A DNA stretch of 64,000 nt from an uncultured virus (IMG/VR IMGVR_UViG_3300027896_004848) (taxonomy: Duplodnaviria; Heunggongvirae; Uroviricota; Caudoviricetes): the IMG/VR virus record IMGVR_UViG_3300027896_004848; one strand, 5' to 3'. Shown one piece after another: positions 50,948 through 61,682 of this stretch (its first letter is position 1; each line of letters begins with the position of its first letter). The notes beneath the pieces are model-generated. The model did not search any database and was not told where the DNA came from. It saw nothing but the letters and a program-made list of their open reading frames with translations. A program made the translations under genes and the position numbers.

Positions 50948-52576
50948 ATGAACAAGAATAGCTCATTTAAAAACAGAAGATATGTGGTATCATCCACTTC
51001 ATCAAAATTTCAAAAGAAAGCTGATTCTCCTAATATTTCTGAAAGTGGATTCTTTGACTTTTATTCACCAGTTCTTTCTAAGGACTTTCTAGAATTACCA
51101 CAAAATTTAAAAGAACGTAGAGCTTGGTATAGATTCTTTTATACTTTTAATGAAATGGTAAGAAGAGCAATAGACTTACATAGTGAATTACCTTTATCAA
51201 AGATTCGGCTCACACCACCTAAATGTGCCGATTATGATAAAGCACAATATATACAGACCTTTTTTCAGAACATGTGTGATAGGCTAAAGCTGTTTAAAAA
51301 GCTTTTAGCTATTAGTCATGAGTATTATTTAATGGGTCTGTGTTATGTGTTTTTAGAAGACGGTAATGAGAAGGGTGCCAAAAATAACCCCCTATTGAGC
51401 ATAGATGAAGAACTGCAAATGCCTGAAGAGGCTATGAATCTTAGAAAAAAATATGATAAGTTGCCTGATTATCAAGGTTGGGAGAGGCTACAAATTTTAC
51501 CACCAGATATGGTAAAGATATCGAGGTGGCAGTTTTCAGATAAAGTAAGAGCGGAATTGTTGATACCTACAGACAGTCGTAATCTATTAAAAGACTTACG
51601 GTTCAATCCTCATATGCAGGATGAGACTGAGAAAATGCTGGAAGATGTTCCATCTGAAATTAGAGAAAAGTTAGAGACAAGTGAGCCGATAGTGTTTGAT
51701 ACAGACCCCTATTCAGGGTCTCATTTAGTAGAGATACTTCGTAAGACTGAAAACTATGAAGAATCTGGATCATCTATATTAGATGCCTGTCTACGTTCTT
51801 TACTGCTTCTTGATAAATACAGGCAGGCTCAGTCAATTATAGCTTCTAGACACATGACTCCTATCAGGGTTGTGTCGGCAGCTAAAGCGTCTTTAGATGA
51901 TATAGAATATCTTAGAGAACAGGTAGATGCAGCTCTTGTAGATCCTGATTATTCCATTATTGCAAATTACGATATTACATGGAATGAGATGGGTTCTGAT
52001 AACAGAATTTTACATCTAGCTGATGAGTATGCAGAGCTTGAGAAAAAACTTACATGCGGTCTAGGTGTGACTATAGGTCTCTTGACGGGTGAATCTACTT
52101 ATGGTGGAGAAAGAGTCTCTTTAGAAATTATAAACACACAATATATGTTGTTTAGGGAAGTAATACAGGATTTTGTTGAAAGTCATATTTTTAAGCCAAT
52201 AGCTCTTAAAAAAGGCTTCTGGGAATATGATAAATTTGGTAATAAGACACTTCTTTATCCTAAACTTTCCTTTACTAGACTTGCAATTAGAGACAATGAT
52301 GCGATATTTGGACAGTTGTTTGATTTATATCAAAAGGGATCAATTTCTTTGTCTTATATATTAGATCTATTGGGTATAGACCCTACAGCGGTAAGAGAAG
52401 AGATGGAAAAGGATGTGTTTACCGTAAATGATAGTAGATTTAATGATGTTATAAATTCTGCAGCCACAACAGTAGGGCCTATGCTGGCCGAGCAGACTGA
52501 TTTAATGGCTAAGGTTGCAGAATATCTAAAATTAAAGGTAAAGGCAGAATCAACAGAAGAGGAACGATTCAAATGA
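50948..52576 (+). CDS. Portal protein
   Basis: 542 aa after terL; V.RAIDLH.ELP, EY..G.C.V, S.L..C.R.L, GL......GE.TY. Confidence 0.75.
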   Translation: MNKNSSFKNRRYVVSSTSSKFQKKADSPNISESGFFDFYSPVLSKDFLELPQNLKERRAWYRFFYTFNEMVRRAIDLHSELPLSKIRLTPPKCADYDKAQYIQTFFQNMCDRLKLFKKLLAISHEYYLMGLCYVFLEDGNEKGAKNNPLLSIDEELQMPEEAMNLRKKYDKLPDYQGWERLQILPPDMVKISRWQFSDKVRAELLIPTDSRNLLKDLRFNPHMQDETEKMLEDVPSEIREKLETSEPIVFDTDPYSGSHLVEILRKTENYEESGSSILDACLRSLLLLDKYRQAQSIIASRHMTPIRVVSAAKASLDDIEYLREQVDAALVDPDYSIIANYDITWNEMGSDNRILHLADEYAELEKKLTCGLGVTIGLLTGESTYGGERVSLEIINTQYMLFREVIQDFVESHIFKPIALKKGFWEYDKFGNKTLLYPKLSFTRLAIRDNDAIFGQLFDLYQKGSISLSYILDLLGIDPTAVREEMEKDVFTVNDSRFNDVINSAATTVGPMLAEQTDLMAKVAEYLKLKVKAESTEEERFK

Positions 52577-53499
52577 TGGACAGAATTTCCGTAATAAAAA
52601 AAGTGACTCAAAAGCTTTGGTATGACCGCTCGATGGCCTTACGAGAAGAGCTAATTAGTCTTTTTAAAAGGACACCTTATCCAAAAGACTTACAGCTAAG
52701 AGATTTTGCAAGTCGTTTTAATATGGATAAGGATGAGCTTAAGACTGAGGTATATAAGCTTCTTTCTGATTTTATTTGGGGTCGTGTATTCAAGCATTGG
52801 AATGTGTCTGATGACCAGTTTGATCCAAAAGAATTAGCTATGGGTATAGAGGTAGAACAAGAACATATAAATGACCCAATCATAGCTAAAGCGATAGCAA
52901 AAGCTCATTTAATGGAAATTTCAGACTATTACACACGACTAAAAAAGATGGAGGACGGGGCTAAAAACAAGACAGCATCTAAAAAATATATTTTTAAGAT
53001 GGCTATTGTATCTAAAAAATCGTTGTCTGACCCAAATCAATATAAGACTCCTGCAAAATTTACAGAGAAAGAGACATTAGCAGCTGTCAGGCAATCTATT
53101 ATAGCTGAAATGGATGCTATTAATTTATATGAGGCGATGAAAGCTTCTTCTGATAATGAAGAATTTAGAGATTTACTGGATCATATTATTGAAGAAGAAA
53201 AAGAGCATTCTGCAGAACTGTTTGTATATTTACACAAGGTAGATCCCGAGCAACAAGATGCTTTTAAAGAGGAAGAGGCATCAGAGGAAGATGTTGTACT
53301 AGCAGATAGAAGAAAATATGTTGAGGATGGCCGGAACGAATACATACCACCTAAGATTAAGCCACCTAGACAAGATTGTCGTAATAAGCATAAAAGAATA
53401 ATAGATGATGAGGTGGCACTAAAAGATAAGAGAGAGCAGGATAAGGATTTAAAGTTATCAGAAATTTCTGCAAAAATAATAGAAAAAATCAGAGAATAG
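52573..53499 (+). CDS. DUF5661-like domain fused to ferritin-like four-helix domain
   Basis: ELAMGIEVEQEH...IAKAHL.E..DYYTRL; AEMDAINLYE...EEEKEH. Confidence 0.75.
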   Translation: MMDRISVIKKVTQKLWYDRSMALREELISLFKRTPYPKDLQLRDFASRFNMDKDELKTEVYKLLSDFIWGRVFKHWNVSDDQFDPKELAMGIEVEQEHINDPIIAKAIAKAHLMEISDYYTRLKKMEDGAKNKTASKKYIFKMAIVSKKSLSDPNQYKTPAKFTEKETLAAVRQSIIAEMDAINLYEAMKASSDNEEFRDLLDHIIEEEKEHSAELFVYLHKVDPEQQDAFKEEEASEEDVVLADRRKYVEDGRNEYIPPKIKPPRQDCRNKHKRIIDDEVALKDKREQDKDLKLSEISAKIIEKIRE

Positions 53500-53580
53500 A
53501 GTTGACTAAAATTAGTTAAAATTATATTCTTATTTTATAGGGGGATCTAATAATAATAATTTTTTAAGAAAGGGATTTTC

Positions 53581-53871
53581 ATGAAGTTGTACGTTGGGAA
53601 TTTGAATTGGAGTCTTACGGAAGAAGAATTAAAAGCTGTTTTTACAGAATGTAGTACTGTTAAATCTGTTAAGATCATTCGGGATAGAGAGACTGATAGA
53701 TCTAAAGGTTTTGGTTTTGTAGAAATTGAAGGTACTGAGGAGAGCGTAGAAAGTCTACAGGGCAAAGAAGTAATGGGTAGGCCCATTAATATACAGCCAG
53801 CAGTAGAGAAGCCAAAGACTTTTAAGCCTAGGGATGATACAGACAAAAAACCCCATTGGGTTATGTCTTAG
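53581..53871 (+). CDS. RRM RNA-binding protein
   Basis: RNP2 LYVGNL, RNP1 KGFGFVE. Confidence 0.92.
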   Translation: MKLYVGNLNWSLTEEELKAVFTECSTVKSVKIIRDRETDRSKGFGFVEIEGTEESVESLQGKEVMGRPINIQPAVEKPKTFKPRDDTDKKPHWVMS

Positions 53872-54046
53872 TTTTAAAAATAAATAAAATTTTAAGGAAT
53901 TGCTTATCCAATAAAAGATTTTGTATATTCTTGTAAAATATTTTTGATATCATTTTTAAAAGCTTCATGTTGTTTATTTTATATTAGTAGTTAAGCGTAG
54001 CACTACGGTTTTAATATACTAATATACTAATTTACTTTATTTTACT

Positions 54047-54382
54047 ATGAATCGCAAAACTATAATTAGTAAGGTAATGGCTAAGCTTGGTATGGGTTTA
54101 GTCACTCCAAAAGATATTAAAGATTTTATTAAAGAAAATCCCGCTAGTATAAAGGATTATATTAACAAACACTATCCTCTTACAGGAATGGGTTTTATAC
54201 GTAGTCTAACTAAGTATTTGGATAGCATGCCCATGCATGCTTTACCACCGTTACAGCTAGGGGATATCCTCAGGAAGCTCATTAAAGAGGACTATTATAC
54301 AGAAAAGCAGCTTATTGAAAAGCTTCCCAGTCATAAGAAGTTTATTGAGATGTCTTTAGGCCAGAAATACGTGGATATTTAA
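54047..54382 (+). CDS. Hypothetical, putative virion protein
   Basis: MNRKTIISKVMAKLG leader; candidate late promoter upstream. Confidence 0.4.
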   Translation: MNRKTIISKVMAKLGMGLVTPKDIKDFIKENPASIKDYINKHYPLTGMGFIRSLTKYLDSMPMHALPPLQLGDILRKLIKEDYYTEKQLIEKLPSHKKFIEMSLGQKYVDI

Positions 54383-55524
54383 GAGTATCTGCACCGTTTT
54401 GATATTTTTTTAAAGTCTATTAAATAGTCAACGCTTCGTAAAAAATCTCTGCCGTCTTCTTTTCCTGTCATTACAATTTCTACAAATTTCTTTATAATAT
54501 GAAATTCGGTAATAGTGTTTTTAGGATTTTTAGATTTTGTTAGTGCTATTGCCTTCAGATAAGCTATTGCATTATTAGCTTTTTCTAAAGATGCTCCATC
54601 TACAAGTAATCGTACTATTTTACCAATATTTGTATTTTTTATGATATATTCAGGGACTAGCACTTCCCAAACAAGTGTAGAATCAAATTTAGCAGCATTA
54701 ATTAGCTTATAAGCTAAATAAACAACATCTTCTACGCTAAATGGTAATTTGGGTAGTTTTAGATTAATTTGTGGAGTTTTGTAATTAAAAGGTTTTTTAT
54801 CTAAAAATTCTATAAAGCTGTCTGTTCTTACCAGTAATAGCCCAATACAATATTCTAAATAAGTACTACCGGCAGCAATACCTTCTTTATCTTTTACATA
54901 TGTTGCATTTGACGACATTTTATATAATTCTGTTTGAATTGCAATTTCTAAATTTTTTTCAGAATCATCATTCTGTTTTTTAAATTCTTTATATAGTATA
55001 GTTGCCGCTTCTTCACAATTGAAATGTCTATAAATCGCAATAGTAAAAGGATAGATAAGTTCTCCATGTGAAAATGGATTTTTCTTAACTAAATCTGCCA
55101 GCTTTTGAATAACGGTTGGTGTTTTCACAGTCACCTCTCTTATAAAATTGTAATTTTTATTAATGACAATAGACTAATTTTAAATTATAAAGTGCCCAAC
55201 TTGCTAGTTCAGGATCATTTTCTTTAAGTTGTTTAAGAAGCTCTAATTTAGTCCAGAAGGTATTATTCATCTTTTCTAATTGATTTTCGTCTATTGTATT
55301 TTCCATAGCTTTTTCTATTGCCAACATACTCGCTTCTAGAGTCTCAAGATATTCCTCTTTTTTTCCACCCCAGCTCATCTGATTATAATAACCACCATGA
55401 TCCATAAAATCTAATATATTTTTTATCATATTCCCCCCTACTCTTATAATATACCATAAAAACATAAGAAAGTCAAGTTGCCTAGGCCGAATAGAGTAAT
55501 AAAATCAAGTAGTTATGCCTTAAA

Positions 55525-56571
55525 TTACGCTGCTTTTTTAATAAATTCAAGAGCCTCTGGGAGGCTTTTATTATAGTTATTAAGGCTATTAGAAATGCGT
55601 TTCATGTTTAGAATACCTTTTTTATTGATATGTCTTTTAAATAAAAATTGTTTAAAGGTAAGTGTTTTAACAAAGCCTGCCTGATTAGCCCAAGCCGCTA
55701 AATCGATATAAAACTCTCTATTTTCAGAATTCCAACATTTCTCATGTCTCATGATATAAGGCAAAATCTTTCGTTCTAAGCACCATAGGATCCTTCCTAT
55801 ATCTTCTCCTAAAGTGGATTTCCAGCCTACAAGAAGACACATTTTTAATTCCCATTTTTTATTGATATATTTTTTTACTAATTTAGCCTTTTCTGTAATT
55901 TCATTATGCTGTTTTGGTAAGTCAAAACTAAACAGATAGTTACCGTAATAATTTAATTCTGAGAGAAGTTTTAAATTAGTATCAGTAGCTAATCGAATAT
56001 CTAGGCCAGAATTAAAATGTACTTGTATTTTTCGATCCCTTAATTCTGTCAAAATTTTTTCATGATCTGGATAAGCTAAAATATTATTATCCATTAAATA
56101 AAGTATTTTATGAGTATTAGGATTGAATATGTCATCAATATCGTTGACTTTATGTATCATACCTTCTTTTTCAGGTACTACACAAAATCCACATTTTCTT
56201 ATACAGCCTCTAGTTATAAAGCCGTAGGCTATTTTAGAATCAGAGTATACTGAATAATCTTCAGATTCTGCGTCGACCTCAGGTGGTAATTTACTATGAA
56301 TATCGTAGCCTGTTCCACCAATTAGTACATTAGACATATCAGAAAACTTTAAGACATCTTTATTCCAATTATATAAGACAGAGGCATATACTTTTAAATA
56401 TTTAGAAGAGTCAATAAAAACCTCTTTTTTTAATGCAGGATATCCGCCTTTTTCTAATCTAAGTATTTCAACATCGTGTTTCATTCTTTTATGATAGGCG
56501 CTTAATCTCATTAAGGCTAGGTTGGGTATCTTGCCGTCTACATCAATTAACAAAACTTTTTTATTTGACAC
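55525..56571 (-). CDS. Radical SAM protein (phage-associated type)
   Basis: PNLALM, GGTG, RGCIRKCGFC (CxxxCxxC), DNNILA, GLDIRL. Confidence 0.9.
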   Translation of the reverse strand: MSNKKVLLIDVDGKIPNLALMRLSAYHKRMKHDVEILRLEKGGYPALKKEVFIDSSKYLKVYASVLYNWNKDVLKFSDMSNVLIGGTGYDIHSKLPPEVDAESEDYSVYSDSKIAYGFITRGCIRKCGFCVVPEKEGMIHKVNDIDDIFNPNTHKILYLMDNNILAYPDHEKILTELRDRKIQVHFNSGLDIRLATDTNLKLLSELNYYGNYLFSFDLPKQHNEITEKAKLVKKYINKKWELKMCLLVGWKSTLGEDIGRILWCLERKILPYIMRHEKCWNSENREFYIDLAAWANQAGFVKTLTFKQFLFKRHINKKGILNMKRISNSLNNYNKSLPEALEFIKKAA

Positions 56572-56573
56572 AA

Positions 56574-57053
56574 TTACTCCTTATGTGGTCTTTGTTTTCC
56601 GCCATTAGGTGCAATATCTCCTACTAATCTTTCTTGATAACCAAAAGGAAATCTAAAATTAGTAGTTGGTATTGCCCATAAATGGTATTGATTAGCCCCA
56701 TCAACAAGCCTTGATTCTGCAGGATATAGTTCTACTGCCTCACATTCTTCTCCAACTAACTCATTCTTAATTCTTTGAAAATGTCTCCAATCATGTATAG
56801 GGTTCTTATCTAGTCTTTTAATAGATAGATGCAACATTTCAAAACCAACATCGTTTGTTGTTATTTTGTTAATTGCTACTTCGTATAAATTATTTTTAAA
56901 AACTATGCTTTCAAGCATTCGCTTGTGTTGTTCTTTAGCTGGTTTGATATCTATATTCATTCTAGTAGCCAGATCCTCAGGAGTAAATTCAGGATAATAA
57001 GCCCTTTGAAAAGGCTGCCAAGGTGTTTTTTGTTTTTTATTTTTTCGACTCAT
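56574..57053 (-). CDS. Conserved phage protein
   Basis: HLSIKR.D....DW...Q.IKNELVG.E.EAVELYP.ES.LVD.AN.YHLW. Confidence 0.7.
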   Translation of the reverse strand: MSRKNKKQKTPWQPFQRAYYPEFTPEDLATRMNIDIKPAKEQHKRMLESIVFKNNLYEVAINKITTNDVGFEMLHLSIKRLDKNPIHDWRHFQRIKNELVGEECEAVELYPAESRLVDGANQYHLWAIPTTNFRFPFGYQERLVGDIAPNGGKQRPHKE

Positions 57054-57394
57054 ATTAACCTCCGATTAACTCTTTAATAGGTATAATTATATAACCTTCT
57101 TTTAAGCTATATTCTATAAACTGGGTTTTACAGATCTTCACATTAAGAGACTTTAATAATTTTTTTATAGAAAGTACTCCTGCAGTTATTGTGAAATCTC
57201 CAGTGTCTATTGGTCTGATTGCTAGTTCTTGTGTATTCTCATTGAAAAAAACATCAGCTTTAGAAGCTTGTGCTATTTCTAAAGGTAAAGCTATTCGTCC
57301 ATTTGGACGTATTGCTATCTGTCCTTCTTTTCTTTTCTGCTGTCCTGATAATTTTTTAAAGCCTTCTATCATGTATTACTTCCTTCTATGATTT

Positions 57395-57493
57395 TAGAAT
57401 AACATACTTATGTCCTTTTGTCAATATAAAAAAAATATCAATAAAAACAATAAGATAAATAAATATTGACTTTTTCTTTGGGTGTGTTATAAT
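57395..57493. promoter_or_regulatory. Divergent sigma70 promoters
   Basis: Minus strand TTGACA-17-TATTCT; plus strand TTGACT(57466)-16-TATAAT(57488) with extended -10. Confidence 0.65.
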
Positions 57494-57613
57494 AAGTTAT
57501 TGAAATTAAAGAGGAATGTTGTTATGCAAAATGTTAAGTCATTGAATTTAAAGGTTTTGTTAAAACAAGCCTCCTTAGCGTAACTAGTTGTTTTTATTAA
57601 TGAAAGGAGTTTT

Positions 57614-58144
57614 ATGAGAGTTAGGGATTCTCAAAGAAGTAAAGTCTACAGGGCTGAAAAAATTCTTGAGGGGCGCAGCAAAAAACAATTTAAACCACTT
57701 GATGAGGTAGTCACCTATATAAAGGATGTGTATACCAGTAAGTGGTTTAGGAAGCATTTTACAGGTTTACCATATACTATACTAGACGGTAGAGGTAATC
57801 GATGTGCTTCTGCTTCCACTGGTGTTGCTGCTGTTACATTTAGATTCCCGAGATGGTCAAGAAAAGATTGGGTGATTTTACATGAGATATCCCATGCTGT
57901 AATAGACCATGAAGTGGCTTGGCACGGTAGAGAGTTTTGTATGGCGTATCTTAAACTTGTAAAACATTTTATGGGAGACTTGGCTTTTAAAGCGCTGAAG
58001 GATTCTTTTAAAAAGAACAAAGTAAAATATAAGAAGAAGAAACAACTATCTGAGGAGACGAGACAAAAACTTTCTGAAGCTCTTAAAGGAAAACTTTATA
58101 TTGCTAAGACTTTTTCAGTATCTAGAAAACTAGACTTAGATTGA
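57614..58144 (+). CDS. HExxH metallohydrolase (SprT-like/Rv0185-like)
   Basis: RDSQRSKVY.AE, ILHEISH, HGREF. Confidence 0.8.
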   Translation: MRVRDSQRSKVYRAEKILEGRSKKQFKPLDEVVTYIKDVYTSKWFRKHFTGLPYTILDGRGNRCASASTGVAAVTFRFPRWSRKDWVILHEISHAVIDHEVAWHGREFCMAYLKLVKHFMGDLAFKALKDSFKKNKVKYKKKKQLSEETRQKLSEALKGKLYIAKTFSVSRKLDLD

Positions 58145-58719
58145 TAACTTATTAATTTTTATTCATACTCTGAGTAGTATTACAGGTGGAGGTTTTTGTG
58201 TACGAAAATGATTATGAAATTGCTAAAAAGATAGCTAAACAGAAGATAAAGACGGCTGGAAGAGTAGAGCATATTAAAGATCATTCAGATACTAAAGATA
58301 AAAGAGAACATCTGGAAGGCTATCAATTTAATGAAAAGGGATTAAAAGCTGTAGCGGAGACCTATAATCACCTAGCTAAGGCGTTCGCTAGTATGATTCA
58401 AGCCAGTAATACTTTTAATAAAATAAAATCTTCTCAAATATCGCCAGACGGTAGGCTTGGTGGAACGGGGTTTGTTCAGCCTATACATAATATAAGAACA
58501 TCATTTTCAAATTCTGTAAATACCATAAGTGAGCTTATTGATACTTTTTATGATGAAATAAATTCACCTTATTGGAAAAAACAAACTTTTGAAGATCATC
58601 CAATTGTGAAATCAATTTTAAATGAAGCTGATACTATTATAGATAAAGCTGAGGAAAAAGAAGAACAGCCTCTTGAGGTGAAAAAACCTTAGATAGTTTG
58701 TGATATGTGAAAGTAACAT

Positions 58720-58772
58720 ACCCGCCACGCCTCTAGCTCTTTTGGGCTATGCGCATTTTGGGCGGGTTTTTT
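58720..58772 (+). terminator. Intrinsic terminator with nested inner stems upstream of rfbA
   Basis: ACCCGCC/GGCGGGT stem followed by a T run; inner TAGCTC/GGGCTA stem. Confidence 0.6.
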
Positions 58773-58786
58773 GTGAAGGAGAGAAC

Positions 58787-59551
58787 GTGCAAGGATTGAC
58801 GATCCTGGGTGGAGACGGAAAGCGACTAGGACTACTTACGCGGCGTGTTACAAATAAGGCGCTAACCTTAGTCTATGATCATCTCGTTATAGAGTACCCC
58901 CTTAATACATTAGTAAAAGCTGGAATTAAAGAAATGGTAGCTGTCATAGGTGGTAGACACAATGGAAGTATTGTGAATACTTTGGGAGATTCTGTTGAAT
59001 TCGGTGTTACTAAAATGAGTTACGTCTATCAAAAGGACCCAAAAGGAATAAGTCATGCAATTTATCAAGCAAAAGGTCATATATCCAATAAAGTTGCTGT
59101 AATTCTAGGTGACAACTTCTTTGAAGATGACATAACCCCTTATGTAAAAGAATTTGAGAAACAGGAAAAGGGATGTGCTATCTTTACTAAAGAAGTACCT
59201 GATCCTGAACGCTATGGGGTAGCTGAAGTAGATAACTTAGGTAATGTTTTAAATATTATTGAAAAACCTAAAAATCCAAAAACTAACTTAGCTGTAACTG
59301 GCCTTTATTTTTATGACAATACTCTCTTTGATAAAATAGAGACATTAAAACCTTCAGCTAGGGGCGAGTTAGAAGTAACTGACTTAAATATGCTTTATGT
59401 TAAGGAAGGTACCTGTAAAGCTTATCCCATTAAAGGTTATTGGAATGATATGGGTACCTTTGATAGTCTCTTAGAAACAGCCAATTTTGTAAAGGATAAG
59501 AAGTTTGAGCTGAGTTATAAGATTGATGCTTGGTCTAACACAAACTCTTAG
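58787..59551 (+). CDS. rfbA: Glucose-1-phosphate thymidylyltransferase-like
   Basis: GTG after GAAGGAG; LGG.G.RL, Q..P.G, LGDN, YGV, EKP, TGLYFYD, SARGELE, W.D.GT. Confidence 0.88.
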   Translation: MQGLTILGGDGKRLGLLTRRVTNKALTLVYDHLVIEYPLNTLVKAGIKEMVAVIGGRHNGSIVNTLGDSVEFGVTKMSYVYQKDPKGISHAIYQAKGHISNKVAVILGDNFFEDDITPYVKEFEKQEKGCAIFTKEVPDPERYGVAEVDNLGNVLNIIEKPKNPKTNLAVTGLYFYDNTLFDKIETLKPSARGELEVTDLNMLYVKEGTCKAYPIKGYWNDMGTFDSLLETANFVKDKKFELSYKIDAWSNTNS

Positions 59552-59994
59552 CCGCGATTTTCTATTAATATCTATTGACTAACAGAGTGTTTTTACAACT
59601 TAAAGGTGGGCTTTTAATGGAAAAAGCGCATAAAATTGTTCTTGCCTTCTTAAATTCTGCAGAAGGCTATTTTCATTGCAAAAGGATTTTAGAAGATCAA
59701 GTCAAACAGCCGAGAGGTCAGTTTGGACCGTTAAGTGACCGTCCAGAGAGATGGGATTATACTGATATCAGAGACATTAAAAAAGAAGACTATGATAATA
59801 TAGTCAATAAGGCTGTTAAATTTATAGATAAAGATCTTTATAAAGTCATTCCTGATGTAGCTCTTAGAGCTGCTTTAGATTTTGCCATATACACTTTTGA
59901 TAAATTTCGTTTTCGTTCAAAGATTAATGCTCCTACTTATGAGTTATTGTTTAATATTTTAAAATCAAAAGTGTAGAATTTCAAAGGAGTCTGA

Positions 59995-60828
59995 ATGTTA
60001 GTATATAAGCTTTTGGGTGACAAAATTAATGCTGTAGAGAATGATAAAGTCACCGCTGAAATGCCTATGGCAGATTTTGTCAGTGATGAGCTTGATTTAG
60101 TAGAGACTTTAGTTCTAGAATTAAAAGATAGGATTTATTTAGGTGAAGGTGCCCTTGATGAATTAGAGGGTATTGTAAATGAGCATCTTATTGAATATTT
60201 TAAGAAGCTCTTTAAAGATAACAAAAATGAACTGGAATCAAGAAAGGTCATGAGTGAGATATCTAAATTGAGATCTCATTTCAAAGCCCTTGAAAAAGAG
60301 TTACAAAAAGAATTATTGGCTTACTCAAAAATTGCGTTACACAAACTTTTGAAAAAGGATTTAAAAACTGGAGGAAGTATTATGTTTAAGACCCTTAAAG
60401 AAGCGAAAAAGTTTACATCTCATTTAGATGCTCTGGCTACCGAAATCCAGACACTTAATGACATTGACGAACAAGTAAAAATGCATTTGGCAGAAAGACT
60501 CGATAAGATATCTAATCTTATTGAAGAAGAGTCTTCAAATAACGAAAAAATAGCTAATGGCGTAGGCTCTGGCTCTTGGGCCTTTGATGCTGATGAAGCT
60601 CGTTATATGAGTACTTTCGGTGGTACAGGCGCTCTTAAGAGAGATGCTGATGAACCATATATGGATCAATATATGCATGATGATCATAAAGAAGTACTGC
60701 AGCGTAAAGAACCCCAACTGATCAGGGATGACGGCGCAAAAGTATTGCAGCCAAGTGATAACTATAATGAAGCAGAAGTTGCTCAGAAACTAAAAACGGC
60801 TGTAAAAGAATATTTAAAAACAAAGTAA
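59995..60828 (+). CDS. Head-cluster hypothetical protein
   Basis: Two DADE.YM repeats; located before the protease-like gene. Confidence 0.4.
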   Translation: MLVYKLLGDKINAVENDKVTAEMPMADFVSDELDLVETLVLELKDRIYLGEGALDELEGIVNEHLIEYFKKLFKDNKNELESRKVMSEISKLRSHFKALEKELQKELLAYSKIALHKLLKKDLKTGGSIMFKTLKEAKKFTSHLDALATEIQTLNDIDEQVKMHLAERLDKISNLIEEESSNNEKIANGVGSGSWAFDADEARYMSTFGGTGALKRDADEPYMDQYMHDDHKEVLQRKEPQLIRDDGAKVLQPSDNYNEAEVAQKLKTAVKEYLKTK

Positions 60829-60842
60829 TAATAAGGTAAGCT

Positions 60843-61667
60843 ATGAAGAGGTATTCTACCGATCTCTTTCCTATGCAGACAAATCCCTTTAATTTTCAAA
60901 AGGGAGATGTTGTAAAAAAGATTTACTCTGACAAGGTTGTAACACCTTATGTTGGTGTGGTGACTGCCGTCATACCTTCTACTAATAAGCTAGAAGTACA
61001 GTGGCCTTACGGCATGGGAATGGAAGATCCTTGGGATCTCTTAAAAATGAATCCTTTGATTTTTCCTCCAGTAGTGAATGAGGATAAAGCATATAAGACT
61101 TACCAAAACGAATTAAGTCACAAGTATTTTGAAAAGCTGCAGCCTTATAACGTACTTAAAAATTATTTGGAAGATCAAGTAATGCCGGTCGTTGTAAGTG
61201 CTGCTGCTTTGTATAACAGTGGTTGTAATAAATCAGATGCTTACATTAGACTTTCGTCAGACTTTGATAATAGACGAATTATTGTTGAAGCTTTAAATAA
61301 AGTCTTCAATGATCATATTGAAATGGTAAAAGTCCTTCATAAAGAGAAAGATATTTCTGTTTCCTTAGCAGGTACTAGCGATAAAGGCTTTAAAATTGTC
61401 GTAAAACATGGACACGATAAAGAAGTGTTTAATTATGATAATTTGAAAATTGCCATAAAAGCATATCACAGATTTAGTGAGTTACTTGAAAGGCATTATA
61501 AAGAAGACGAAGAGACTGTCTATAAAGATTTAGTAAAAGCTGCTTCTTTAAAATTGGCTGCTATAAAACAGGAATCTTCAGAAATAAAAAAGCTCGGTGG
61601 GAGCAACAGTCTTGTGAAGGATACTATAAAGAAAAATCATCCTGAGGCATCGGATTTAATTACCTAA
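60843..61667 (+). CDS. Head-cluster protein with SH3/KOW-like N-terminus
   Basis: FQKGDVV...GVVTAV.....LEVQWPYG. Confidence 0.4.
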   Translation: MKRYSTDLFPMQTNPFNFQKGDVVKKIYSDKVVTPYVGVVTAVIPSTNKLEVQWPYGMGMEDPWDLLKMNPLIFPPVVNEDKAYKTYQNELSHKYFEKLQPYNVLKNYLEDQVMPVVVSAAALYNSGCNKSDAYIRLSSDFDNRRIIVEALNKVFNDHIEMVKVLHKEKDISVSLAGTSDKGFKIVVKHGHDKEVFNYDNLKIAIKAYHRFSELLERHYKEDEETVYKDLVKAASLKLAAIKQESSEIKKLGGSNSLVKDTIKKNHPEASDLIT

Positions 61668-61682
61668 CCGAGGTAATTAACT

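Noticed and set aside
58700..58786. Longer N-terminus of rfbA in the ORF track
   Set aside because: Runs through the terminator hairpin; homology and RBS support GTG 58787
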